Shown: positions 9,958-18,961 of the stretch, one piece after another
How the letters are laid out: the number at the start of each line of letters is the position of its first letter
Position numbering within the stretch: position 1 is the stretch's first letter
Origin: Bacteroidia bacterium
Lineage (GTDB): Bacteria; Bacteroidota; Bacteroidia; SpSt-205
Length of the DNA stretch: 64,000 nt
Direction: 5' to 3'
NCBI GenBank assembly: GCA_026414975.1
Contig: JAOAHZ010000010.1
Location: 17,959-81,958, forward strand
The notes under the pieces: generated by a model
Databases searched by the model: none
Told to the model about the DNA's origin: nothing
Seen by the model: the letters and a program-made list of their open reading frames with translations, nothing else
Translations under genes and position numbers: made by a program

Positions 9958-11331
9958 ATGACCCTTATCGTTTCAGCATCAGGCATTCGGGGCACGGTGG
10001 AAGGGCCTTCAGGGGACAACCTAACCCCCGTTGAGGTAGTAAGCTGGGTGGGAGCATGGGGACAGTGGATGCGCAGCCAATATGGCCCTGCTCGGCTCCT
10101 CGTCGGACAAGATGCCCGTCCAAGCGGCGAGGTCCTACGCCCCCTCGCTGTACAGACTCTGCGGGCCTTAGGACACACCGTGTATGATGCAGGTCTCACC
10201 ACCACCCCAAGTCTTTCTATGGCTATCCCTTTTTACGAGGCCAAGGGAGGCCTTATCCTGACAGCCTCTCATAATCCCCCGGGATGGAATGCCCTCAAGT
10301 TTTTAGACGAGAAGGGGGAGTTCCTTCCACCTCAGGCGATCCAAGCCATAGCCCAAGTGCGAGAAACTCTAAACTTTCCTGCGACCGACCATCCAGCTCC
10401 TTTAGAATGCGCTGAGGCAACGCTCACGCACCATCTTACCAGCCTCCTTCGGCATCCGTGGGTAGATAGGGAGGCGATAGAAAAACAGCGCTTTCGCATC
10501 GTAGTAGACGGATGTAACAGCGGAGGAGGGCTATTTGTGCCTGCTTTATTAGAGGCTCTGGGGGTTGAATCGGTGATTCGCCTAAACTGCGAGCCCACGG
10601 GTCGGTTCGCACGACCCCCCGAACCCCTTCCCGAGAACCTCACCGAGTTAGCTGAGAGGGTTCGCCAGACCAATGCCCACTTAGGCATCGCTGTAGACCC
10701 TGATGTGGATAGGGTGGTATTTATCCTACCGAATGGCAAACCCTTTGGTGAAGAGTATACGCTCGTCGCCACGGCGGACTATGCCCTATCCCGTCAAAGT
10801 GGACCGATCGTAGCGAACTTGTCCACAACCTTAGCTGTACGATGGGTTGCGGAGCGATACGGCGTACCTTTTTATGAGAGCCGAGTAGGAGAGTATTATG
10901 TGGTCCAGATGATGAAGGCGGTGGGAGCGACCTTCGGTGGAGAGGGTAATGGCGGTGTAATCCTACCAAGCCTGCACTATGGACGAGATGCCTTGGCGGG
11001 CGTGGCGCTCTTCTTAAGCTACTTAGCCCGCATGGGGGGTGATGCGATAAAGCTGCGAGCCCAGTATCCCGATCTCGCCATCACGAAGGGGAAAGTCCCC
11101 CTCTCAGACAGAGGCCTTTCGCCTGACATCTGGGACAAGCTCCGCAGCCAGGCCCCCGAAGCAGAGTCTAATATAGAAGATGGGCTTAAGTTACGCTGGG
11201 CTGATCGGTGGGTCCATATCCGGATATCGGGAACAGAGCCGATCATCCGCATCATCGCTGAAGCCCCCACCATCCATGAAGCTAATGCCCTCCGAGCCCA
11301 CTGGGAAAGCACCCTCCGTTCTATCCTATGA
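9958..11331 (+). CDS. glmM: phosphoglucosamine mutase / phosphohexomutase family protein
   Basis: Active-site TASHNPPGWNALKF and Mg-loop GIAVDPDVDR. 457 aa. Confidence 0.7.
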   Translation: MTLIVSASGIRGTVEGPSGDNLTPVEVVSWVGAWGQWMRSQYGPARLLVGQDARPSGEVLRPLAVQTLRALGHTVYDAGLTTTPSLSMAIPFYEAKGGLILTASHNPPGWNALKFLDEKGEFLPPQAIQAIAQVRETLNFPATDHPAPLECAEATLTHHLTSLLRHPWVDREAIEKQRFRIVVDGCNSGGGLFVPALLEALGVESVIRLNCEPTGRFARPPEPLPENLTELAERVRQTNAHLGIAVDPDVDRVVFILPNGKPFGEEYTLVATADYALSRQSGPIVANLSTTLAVRWVAERYGVPFYESRVGEYYVVQMMKAVGATFGGEGNGGVILPSLHYGRDALAGVALFLSYLARMGGDAIKLRAQYPDLAITKGKVPLSDRGLSPDIWDKLRSQAPEAESNIEDGLKLRWADRWVHIRISGTEPIIRIIAEAPTIHEANALRAHWESTLRSIL

Positions 11332-12557
11332 ATGTGCTTTACCTTACCTACGATGGGCTCTTAGACCCCCTGGGCCAATCTCAAATCCTCCCCTACCTCT
11401 ACGGCTTAGCTCAGCGATTGGGAGTAGCATTTGACATCGTGAGCTTTGAAAAGGCAGAGCGCCGTTCCCATGAAGCCGCTCTCCGTCAAGAGCTTCTTCG
11501 CTTTGAGATTCGATGGCATCCCCTTTCCTTCACTCGAAAGCCGCCGATTTTATCTAAGGCGTACGATGCTTGGCGATTCTTTTGGGCAGCAGAACAGGTA
11601 GTCAGAACAAGGCCGATAGACTTTCTACATGCTCGCAGCTACGTAGGAGGATGGGTAGCTCATCGGATAAGTCAGCGATATGGCAAACCCTGGCTGTTTG
11701 ATATGAGAGGCTTCTGGGCGGATGAGCGGCGTGAAACCCGAGCATGGCCTCCAGGACATCTCTTTTACGAGCAACTCTACGCCATATGGAAAAAGCGGGA
11801 GCGAATTATGTTGCGCTCAGCCTCGCATGTTATCGTCCTAACCCAAGCCGCAAAGACTTTTCTCATTCAAGCAGGCATTCCGGCTGAGAAAATCAGCATC
11901 ATTCCCTGCGTGGCTGACTACGATCACTTTCAACCCTATTTTGCTCAGCGGACGCTGTATCGCCAGCGTCTCAACCTCCCCCCCGATGCATATGTACTCG
12001 GTTACTTAGGCTCCATAGGGGCTTTATACGAGGTGAAAGAGATGCTGAGATTTTTCCAAGTGCTTCAGCGGCTCAGAGCTGATACTTACATGGTTTTCTT
12101 TACACCTGCCTCGGCTGAGACGGTGTATGCCTACGCTGATGCTGTTGGGGTGCCAAGAGAACGGCTGAGAGTAAGCTTCATTCCTCGAGCTGAAGTCCCA
12201 CTTTGGTGCAGCGTCATGGATACCTCTATAATATTCTGCAGGCCGGGCTTCAGTCGGATCGGCTCATTCCCTACTCGCGTCGCTGAGGTCTTGGCGATGA
12301 ATATACCCATTGTGATGCAGGCGGATTTAGGAGATAATCGGCTCTTAGCTCAGCAAGTAGAGGGAATTTACCTTTGCGAATCTTTCACGACACAGGCTTA
12401 CGAAAGAGTCGCTCAGCTCCTTCTGGACGCTCAGCACCAAAATGGGCTATCGTCTCCCCGCCATACGAGTCAAGCGCTTTTGTCGCTACCTATAGGACTG
12501 TCTCGGTACGAGCAGGTGTATAAACAGCTTAAGCTTGCTCCTCAGAGGCTCGCTTGA
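11328..12557 (+). CDS. glycosyltransferase (GT4-like)
   Basis: 409 aa with a GT-B fold-like pattern. Its start overlaps the glmM stop by 4 nt. Specificity is unknown. Confidence 0.55.
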   Translation: MNVLYLTYDGLLDPLGQSQILPYLYGLAQRLGVAFDIVSFEKAERRSHEAALRQELLRFEIRWHPLSFTRKPPILSKAYDAWRFFWAAEQVVRTRPIDFLHARSYVGGWVAHRISQRYGKPWLFDMRGFWADERRETRAWPPGHLFYEQLYAIWKKRERIMLRSASHVIVLTQAAKTFLIQAGIPAEKISIIPCVADYDHFQPYFAQRTLYRQRLNLPPDAYVLGYLGSIGALYEVKEMLRFFQVLQRLRADTYMVFFTPASAETVYAYADAVGVPRERLRVSFIPRAEVPLWCSVMDTSIIFCRPGFSRIGSFPTRVAEVLAMNIPIVMQADLGDNRLLAQQVEGIYLCESFTTQAYERVAQLLLDAQHQNGLSSPRHTSQALLSLPIGLSRYEQVYKQLKLAPQRLA

Positions 12558-13065
12558 CGCTCACAAAGTGAATGACCACCGCAAGGAGCAGGGCTACAAG
12601 CACAGCAACCGCAGCGAGAAGCCAATAGGCGCGCCGCAGGAAAGCGAAATCTTCCACCTTCATGGGGCGCAGTTCGCCAGGATAAAGAACAGCTTTAGCT
12701 TCGCTTGGCGCAGATTCAGCTACGGGCTGGGGAGCTGCTATGCTGTTGAGGTAGGTCCATAAGGCTCGGATATCCTCATCGGTTAGGTCAGGAAATGGCG
12801 GCATGATTTGCTGATTATAGGCTCGGAAGACAGCCACCGCCTGCGTATCTCCAGATTGAATGAGAGCCTGAGAGTTAGAAACAAACCGAGCGAACCATTC
12901 CTCGGAACGACGCTCACCGATGCGCGCCAGAGGTGGACCTATCAGCTTTTGCTGCAGCTTATGGCAAGTCGCACAGCGTTGATTGAAGAGACGCTCACCC
13001 AGCTCAGAGGCATCCTGCCCCCATAATAGGCCCATCAGGACTACGAATCTTACCGCTCGCATAGT
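12529..13065 (-). CDS. membrane-anchored class I c-type cytochrome
   Basis: Signal-like MRAVRFVVLMGLLWG, a CATCH haem-binding motif and a C-terminal TM helix (YWLLAAVAVLVALLLAVVI). It is the last gene of the oxidase operon. Confidence 0.65.
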   Translation of the reverse strand, partial: TMRAVRFVVLMGLLWGQDASELGERLFNQRCATCHKLQQKLIGPPLARIGERRSEEWFARFVSNSQALIQSGDTQAVAVFRAYNQQIMPPFPDLTDEDIRALWTYLNSIAAPQPVAESAPSEAKAVLYPGELRPMKVEDFAFLRRAYWLLAAVAVLVALLLAVVIHFVSVKRASEEQA

Positions 13066-13643
13066 CGTAGAAGGTTTTGAGTGTGTTTCAAGAGTCGGTC
13101 GTCTGTAGAAGCATACCATCCCCGCAATCGTCCCTCGCTATCTATGAGTAAAATCACATCCGAGTGAAGAATCTCTGTCTCACTGAGACGGGCAGCCCTA
13201 AGCCCAAAGACCGACGCAGCCAACTGAATAGCCCAGGCTTGATTAGCTGGACGCCAGAAGAGCCAAGTGTGTCCAGGCACCTCATAACTTTTAGCGTAAG
13301 CCCTCAGGTATTCTGGTGTGTCATGCTCTGGGTCTAAAGAGATGGATACAGCCACGAGAGCTGGCGTAGGAGGGATCTGCTGAAGAACAAGACGAATCTG
13401 GCTCTGTAGCCGAGGGCAGACAGAAGGGCAGCGCGTGTAGATAAAGTTCAGCAGTACAACCTTGCCCCTGAGATTGGGAGGGGGTCCTCCTGTCATATCT
13501 GTGATGGGATAGGCCTCTACCAGAGGCCAGATTGGCTCCAGATGCAGGGGAGGCGGTACGGTCTCTCGCTCATACCACCACCATCCGCCGGCAGCTACGC
13601 CGACCACCCCCATCCCAGTCAGGAGCCAGAGCATTCGTTTCAT
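13050..13643 (-). CDS. SCO1/SenC family copper chaperone
   Basis: 197 aa with an N-terminal TM segment, a thioredoxin-like fold and the CPSVCP motif. Confidence 0.75.
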   Translation of the reverse strand: MKRMLWLLTGMGVVGVAAGGWWWYERETVPPPLHLEPIWPLVEAYPITDMTGGPPPNLRGKVVLLNFIYTRCPSVCPRLQSQIRLVLQQIPPTPALVAVSISLDPEHDTPEYLRAYAKSYEVPGHTWLFWRPANQAWAIQLAASVFGLRAARLSETEILHSDVILLIDSEGRLRGWYASTDDRLLKHTQNLLRLCER

Positions 13644-15346
13644 TTTTGCACTTGTACGGCTGGGGTAGGATTGTCAGGCGTGTAAGGGACAGCTTTGTCA
13701 GGGGTACGAAGCGCCTGACGTAAAGGCACCCAATAAGACAGGAGGATGAGTACGACCGCCACCCCCAGCCATGGACGCAGCTTAGTCACGATAGAGGTGG
13801 TCGGCGCATCCTGATGCAAGGTTTCGGCAGTGGGAAAATACAACTGACCCCCTGGCCTCTCAGCAGGCGCAGCTACCGTAGCTACCCATACCCCTATATA
13901 GACCAGAAAAGCAACTATCATAATCACCGCACCAATCGCCGCTAAATAGCTCGTTACCACCCAGTCTAACCGAAAATGAGGAGAACTAGGGTCTAAGTAG
14001 GTGAGCCCCATGTTCGTACGGCGAGGCTGACCTAACAAGCCCCCCACCATCATTGCCGGCGAAAAGATATAGAGGCCCAGCGCCCAGAGGTAGGGTACAG
14101 CGATGTTCCATCCGCGTCCGCGAATAGGCTTCCCCGTAAGCTGGGAAAAGAGCTCCAACGACACACCCAAGATGACTAAAAACACCGGTCCTCCCACCGT
14201 CATGTGAAAGTGTCCCGATATAAAGCCTGTATTGTGTATGGTTTGATTGAGATTGTAGGAGGCATTGACAATACCCGTCAAGCCCCCTAAGATAAATATA
14301 AGCAGTCCAGCCAAGCTATAAGCTACCATAGGACGATTAGCGTTTAGCCAGGGGAGCTTTGCTATCCAGTCAAATAGGCCTTTAGCCCCCCGCTGTACCC
14401 CAGCATGCTCCAACGAGGCTGCTACGGTAAAGGCCGTCATAAAGCTGGGTATCGCCACCGCAAAAGTGAGGAGAGCATGTAGGCCTTTCCAAAACCGATC
14501 GATGCCAGGTTCAGTATACTGGTGATGAAGTCCTACAGGAATACTGAAAACCAAGAATAGCAAAAAGGTCAGCCGAGCTGCATAGGCTGAATAGAGCTTG
14601 CCCCCTGCCGCTTTAGGCAGGATAACATAATACACTACATACGCTGGCAAGAGCCAGAAATACACCAAGGGATGGCCAAAAAACCAGAATAGCGTACGAG
14701 CCAAAGGGATATTTATAGCCTGCACCCATCCAAGAGACCAAGGGATGAGCAAGAACAGCATCTCCACCGCCAAGGGTATAGTACAGATGAGCCAGATAAG
14801 GAACGTAACAACCATGCCCAGGACAGCCAAAGGCATAGGGGTATTAGGATTTTCCTGCATCCAGCGACGCAAAAGGGGTATCCACCCAAAGAAGGCCACC
14901 CAAGACCCTACGACCAGCAAGGTCGCCCCGATATAAAAGGTAGGATGAGCCTTCAAAGGTGGATAAAAAGTGTACAAGACATCCGCCAGTCCCAAAAGCA
15001 TGGGCACGGCCGCCATGAGCGTTCCTCCCACCATCAATCCCGTAGAGAGCGCATGCACCCACGGAATAAGGGGCTGGCGCAGATAAAACTGCATGATAGC
15101 GTTGCCAAACACCACCCCAAAAAAGGTCGTCAATACCACCGCATTAATGACGCCATGCAGGGTGAGCCCTTGATAATAGTTGATCCCTGCAAAACCGCTG
15201 CTCTGAATAATCCCAGCCCGGTACAAGGTCTGCATGAACCCATGATACACCCCTAAAAGCAGCAGGATGATAGGCAGGCTGACTTCTATAATCATCAGCA
15301 GCCGCGACAGCGGCGCTACTTGAAAAAATTCTCTACGAGTTTCCAT
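13640..15346 (-). CDS. cbaA: cytochrome c oxidase subunit I, B-family (ba3-type)
   Basis: 568 aa. FGHPLVYFWLLPAY (His-Tyr crosslink region) and GHFHMTVGG resemble Thermus ba3 rather than aa3 subunit I. Confidence 0.8.
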   Translation of the reverse strand: METRREFFQVAPLSRLLMIIEVSLPIILLLLGVYHGFMQTLYRAGIIQSSGFAGINYYQGLTLHGVINAVVLTTFFGVVFGNAIMQFYLRQPLIPWVHALSTGLMVGGTLMAAVPMLLGLADVLYTFYPPLKAHPTFYIGATLLVVGSWVAFFGWIPLLRRWMQENPNTPMPLAVLGMVVTFLIWLICTIPLAVEMLFLLIPWSLGWVQAINIPLARTLFWFFGHPLVYFWLLPAYVVYYVILPKAAGGKLYSAYAARLTFLLFLVFSIPVGLHHQYTEPGIDRFWKGLHALLTFAVAIPSFMTAFTVAASLEHAGVQRGAKGLFDWIAKLPWLNANRPMVAYSLAGLLIFILGGLTGIVNASYNLNQTIHNTGFISGHFHMTVGGPVFLVILGVSLELFSQLTGKPIRGRGWNIAVPYLWALGLYIFSPAMMVGGLLGQPRRTNMGLTYLDPSSPHFRLDWVVTSYLAAIGAVIMIVAFLVYIGVWVATVAAPAERPGGQLYFPTAETLHQDAPTTSIVTKLRPWLGVAVVLILLSYWVPLRQALRTPDKAVPYTPDNPTPAVQVQK

Positions 15347-15363
15347 AAGTCAAGAGATTGAGT

Positions 15364-15804
15364 TTATTTAGCGATGAGATAGGCAACCATGTTTTGATGG
15401 GCTGAGCCACAGTATTCATGGCAGATAATAGGATAAATGCCCGGTTTCTCTAACTTAAATGTGTAAGCGTTGACGCTACCGGGTATGGCCATCAAGTTAG
15501 TATTAGTCCAGCTTACGTATAAGCCATGCGTTACGTCGGCTGCGCTGAGGAAAATGTCTATGGGCTTACCTATGGGAACCTCTACAATCTCCGGCTCAAA
15601 GCGCCACATGCGAGCAACATAAAAAAGCTGACGCCGCCCATCGGGAAGCGTGTCTATGCGCCCCTCTGAGAAGGGCCTGACTGCTGGGGGAAGGCAAGGA
15701 GGCACTTGGATGCCCTGAAGCTTAGCTGCAGCCAACAACGCCAAGAAAAACAGCCCCAAAAGCCCTGAGGCAACCATGATTGCGATTTTTTCTGCGCGGT
15801 CCAT
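15364..15804 (-). CDS. cbaB: cytochrome c oxidase subunit II, short single-TM ba3-type with CuA site
   Basis: 146 aa, one TM segment, CuA motif CHEYCGSAHQNM. Confidence 0.8.
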   Translation of the reverse strand: MDRAEKIAIMVASGLLGLFFLALLAAAKLQGIQVPPCLPPAVRPFSEGRIDTLPDGRRQLFYVARMWRFEPEIVEVPIGKPIDIFLSAADVTHGLYVSWTNTNLMAIPGSVNAYTFKLEKPGIYPIICHEYCGSAHQNMVAYLIAK

Positions 15805-15807
15805 AGG

Positions 15808-15939
15808 CTAACCCCGATTGAGCATAAGGATATAACTACCTAACCAGACTAATATCGTCAGCAAGATAAGCAGCCCGAAAAAGGCTAAGCTGCCATAAGG
15901 GATGAATGTCCGATCCTCCCTCTCAAGTGTCGGTTTCAT
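15808..15939 (-). CDS. cbaD: putative ba3 oxidase subunit IIa (single-TM micro-protein, 43 aa)
   Basis: Not in the ORF track because it is under 60 aa. My translation is MKPTLEREDRTFIPYGSLAFFGLLILLTILVWLGSYILMLNRG. AGGAG lies 5 nt upstream of the ATG, and the stop is 3 nt before the cbaB ATG. The layout and the ...RG C-terminus resemble Thermus CbaD. Confidence 0.55.
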   Translation of the reverse strand: MKPTLEREDRTFIPYGSLAFFGLLILLTILVWLGSYILMLNRG

Positions 15940-15956
15940 AAGCATCTCCTTTCCCG

Positions 15957-15964
15957 CAAAGGTA
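15957..15964 (-). promoter_or_regulatory. -7 box TACCTTTG upstream of the ba3 oxidase operon (17 nt to the cbaD ATG; the short leader contains AGGAG)
   Basis: Plus strand reads caaaggta. Confidence 0.5.
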
Positions 15965-16172
15965 GTAATAATCTTCAAAATGAAATAAAAAATGCCTGTA
16001 TCGCTCCGGCCGACCCGTAGGCTAATACCCTTCTCTCACATACCCTTATGAGCTTAGTCCTCAGCGAAGACCCCGCAGACCGACCCCATGTAGGTGTCCT
16101 GCTTTGAGGTCAAACGACAAGCCACCGGACACACTCCCTTCCTAAGGCGTAACAGAAGAGTAAAAGAGCCTT

Positions 16173-17294
16173 TCACCGTCGTAGCTCATTAGCCAGCTGC
16201 TCTATCAGTCGCTCTATGTGGCTCTCCTCTAAATCTACCCATAGGGGCAAGGTGAATACCTCATTCCAAGCGGATTCGGCTGAAGGAAAACGCTGATGGC
16301 TTCTCACATAGGGCCGATAGGCTGCGTGCAGATGCAAAGGCTTGTAATGGACACTGAGATGAAAACCCTGAGCCCACAAGCGACTCAGAAGCTGGTCTCT
16401 ACGCTCAGCCGTCGCCCCCTGCCACCGCACGGGATATAGATGCCATCCCACTTTCTCGGTATCGGAGACAGGATAAGGGAACAACTCTGGAATAAGCCGA
16501 AGGGCTTCGGTATAAAGCTGAGCCAAACGCCGGCGCCGAGTCCAGTTTAGGTGAAGCCGCTCCACTTGAGCCAAGGCGATAGCAGCTTGAAAGTCCGAGA
16601 GCATGTAGTTCCAGCCCAGCGTTTCTATTTCGTAGAGCCAGGGGGACTCCACATGGCGGCGCATACCGTGTCGCCGCAGAAGCCGAGCCCGTTCAGCTAA
16701 AGTGGAGTCTGCCAATAATACTGCGCCTCCCTGACCAGCGGCGATCGGCTTCGTAGCATGGAAACTCAAGGTAGCGGCAGCTCCAAAGGTACCGCACAGC
16801 TGCCCCTCATAATAGGCAGGAACTGCATGACAGGTGTCCTCTAAAAGCCATAAGCCATACCTCTGACACAAGTCTAAGAGCTCGCCCATCGGGGCAGCCT
16901 GTCCCGCATAATGCACCACTACAATACCCCGTGTACGAGGCGATATAAGCGGCTCTACAGTCTCAGCACAAAGATGAAGAGTGTCATTTACATCAGCAAG
17001 AACGGGCGTGCCTCCAGCATGCACGACCTCAGACGCCGTAGCCGTAAAAGTCCAGGTGGGAACGATCACCTCACCCGCCTCCCCTCGAAGAAGGAGGGTA
17101 AGCGCTATATGAAGCGCCGCTGTGCCCGAGCTAACCACGACTACTTCTCTGCCGTAAAGCTCACTGAGAGCGTGCTCCAACTTTTCCACCCATTTGCCTC
17201 CCCCCCAATAACGCTCCTCTAACGCTTGCAGGAGATATGCTCGCTCCAGCTCGGAAAGGGCTGGCTTATGAAAAGGGAGCTCAGCAGGCCCCAT
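16173..17294 (-). CDS. DegT/DnrJ/EryC1/StrS family sugar aminotransferase
   Basis: 373 aa. Contains SGTAALHIAL and SFHATKPI (PLP lysine region). Confidence 0.8.
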   Translation of the reverse strand: MGPAELPFHKPALSELERAYLLQALEERYWGGGKWVEKLEHALSELYGREVVVVSSGTAALHIALTLLLRGEAGEVIVPTWTFTATASEVVHAGGTPVLADVNDTLHLCAETVEPLISPRTRGIVVVHYAGQAAPMGELLDLCQRYGLWLLEDTCHAVPAYYEGQLCGTFGAAATLSFHATKPIAAGQGGAVLLADSTLAERARLLRRHGMRRHVESPWLYEIETLGWNYMLSDFQAAIALAQVERLHLNWTRRRRLAQLYTEALRLIPELFPYPVSDTEKVGWHLYPVRWQGATAERRDQLLSRLWAQGFHLSVHYKPLHLHAAYRPYVRSHQRFPSAESAWNEVFTLPLWVDLEESHIERLIEQLANELRR

Positions 17295-17946
17295 TTTCCT
17301 CTCTCCACTCCATCAGGGCCAGAACGCCCGGCATAAATCCCTCTAGCATGTACCGTCCTCTCTCGGGCACCTCTATGGCATCGCCAGCTTGGAGAGGACG
17401 CCCCTCAAAATACATCCAGTCAAAGAGTAGCTCAAAGAGAGAATGAACCCACCCGGTTTCCCTAAGGTCGGCGATAGGATGCGCTAAGTTAGGTAGCCCG
17501 AACTGTTCATACCCTGCCGTACGCAGCCATAAAGAGGTCGTCCTATCCCGAAGCAAGTCTGTCAGAGACAGCTCTACTTCTACTGGTACTAAGCCAGTCC
17601 AAAGATGAAGGGGAGGGGTCTGTCGGGCGATGGTTTCTAATCCGTCTGAGAATATCCGCTGAGCCCACCGAATGTGATGGGCTGTGCGAGCGACAGGATT
17701 GGCGATACCGAGTATATGAGAGAAGGTAGATGCAATCCGATACGCCTGGAGAAAGGTCTCAATCGGATTGGCTTCAATAGGGAAAGAGCGCTCTAAATAG
17801 GCAGTATGCCGACGAAGCAGCTCTTTCTCCTCTTCCGACCAAAAACTGGTTTCTATGGTTTGGAGAGCCAGTTCAGGCGGGAGAGGCGAAGGTATAGCCT
17901 CATCCACAGGGTGTTCCAAGATAAAGTATAAAGTGATAGCTTTCAT
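17281..17946 (-). CDS. hypothetical protein (possibly DUF4261-like)
   Basis: Start chosen at MKAITLYF, where the ATG overlaps the upstream stop (ATGA). WLRTAGYEQFGLPNL resembles DUF4261 family members from memory only. Confidence 0.4.
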   Translation of the reverse strand: MKAITLYFILEHPVDEAIPSPLPPELALQTIETSFWSEEEKELLRRHTAYLERSFPIEANPIETFLQAYRIASTFSHILGIANPVARTAHHIRWAQRIFSDGLETIARQTPPLHLWTGLVPVEVELSLTDLLRDRTTSLWLRTAGYEQFGLPNLAHPIADLRETGWVHSLFELLFDWMYFEGRPLQAGDAIEVPERGRYMLEGFMPGVLALMEWREENGAC

Positions 17947-18326
17947 CGGGGATAGGTTGGGAAATCCGAGAGGAGAGAGCCCGTCTGAGCATCCCAGCAC
18001 CACAGCTGGTCTCCGAGGGCGATAGCAAAGTATTTCAAATGCGGAGCGACCCGGGCATATCGTCGCAGTTGAGTCCAGGCTTGAGTCCAAAGGCGTTGAG
18101 GGGAGGTACCAGGAGCCTTACATTCGGCTAAGAGCCACAGGTCTCCTTCTGGCGTAGTGACCGCTACATCAAACCGTCCCCCTTCACTCAGGGCATACTC
18201 TACTTGGATGGATGCGAGAGGATAGCCCCGCTCCAAGAGAAAGGCAACAAGCCGCTGCCGTACGCATTCCTCTGGTGTAGCTACCCGATAGCGCCGACGA
18301 ATAGGGTCCCAAATGGCGTCTTTCAT
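17943..18326 (-). CDS. type I restriction enzyme HsdR N-terminal domain-like protein (stand-alone PD-(D/E)xK-like)
   Basis: MKDAIWDPIRRRYRVATPEECVRQRLVAFLLERGYP...RFDVAV...LLAECKAPG matches the conserved Bacteroidota HSDR_N_2-type pattern. ATGA overlaps at both ends. Confidence 0.7.
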   Translation of the reverse strand: MKDAIWDPIRRRYRVATPEECVRQRLVAFLLERGYPLASIQVEYALSEGGRFDVAVTTPEGDLWLLAECKAPGTSPQRLWTQAWTQLRRYARVAPHLKYFAIALGDQLWCWDAQTGSLLSDFPTYPR

Positions 18327-18928
18327 CCAGCGATTTCCTCTCCCTCTGCAACCAAGTGGCGGGCTTTGACGCTGTGAATATTGTTGCTTATTCGGAAGCG
18401 AAAGCGCTTCCCTATTTGAGGGTTGCGCATCTGACGAAGCCAACCGAGCCGAGCTTCCAAGTCCTTCTTATCTACCAGCAGACGATCTTTGGTATAGATA
18501 GCCTCCTCCCGACTGCGAAACACAAAGTCATATTCAGGGCTCATTACGATTGCTTCCTCAGGACAGACCTCCTCACACAAGCCGCAGTAAATGCAGCGAA
18601 GCATGTTTATCTCAAAGATGGCAGGGTAACGCTCCTTGGGATCGTCGGTCTCGGCAGCCTGCATGTGTATAGCAAAAGGAGGACACACTCGAGCACAGAG
18701 ACCGCAGGCGACACACCGTTCTTTACCGTTCTCCACTACAAGAACAGGACGACCTCGAAATTCTGGTCCCAGCTCTATGGGCTCCTCGGGATATTGGACT
18801 GTTACGGGCTTCTTGAATAGGCGTCCAAAAGTGTAGGCCAGTCCCGATAGGATAGCCGGGAAGTACAGCTTGTCCCACCAGCTCAGCTTACGCTCTTGGG
18901 GGGAAGCCGTCCGAATGCGCACCGCCAT
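18323..18928 (-). CDS. NADH-quinone oxidoreductase subunit I-like 2x[4Fe-4S] ferredoxin
   Basis: CVACGLCARVCP and CIYCGLCEEVCP, plus the NuoI-type N-terminus (VTVQYPEE). There are no other nuo genes in the window. Confidence 0.7.
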   Translation of the reverse strand: MAVRIRTASPQERKLSWWDKLYFPAILSGLAYTFGRLFKKPVTVQYPEEPIELGPEFRGRPVLVVENGKERCVACGLCARVCPPFAIHMQAAETDDPKERYPAIFEINMLRCIYCGLCEEVCPEEAIVMSPEYDFVFRSREEAIYTKDRLLVDKKDLEARLGWLRQMRNPQIGKRFRFRISNNIHSVKARHLVAEGEEIAG

Positions 18929-18961
18929 ACTACAAATAAACACAATCCCGATGAAGCCCTC

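Noticed and set aside
10332-11312. ORFs of 82-146 aa antisense to the glmM-like gene, with similar antisense ORFs in the oxidase, ligA and GH18 genes
   Set aside because: These are typical of GC-moderate coding regions read on the opposite strand. Their composition is Arg/Ser/Pro-rich and no motifs are present.
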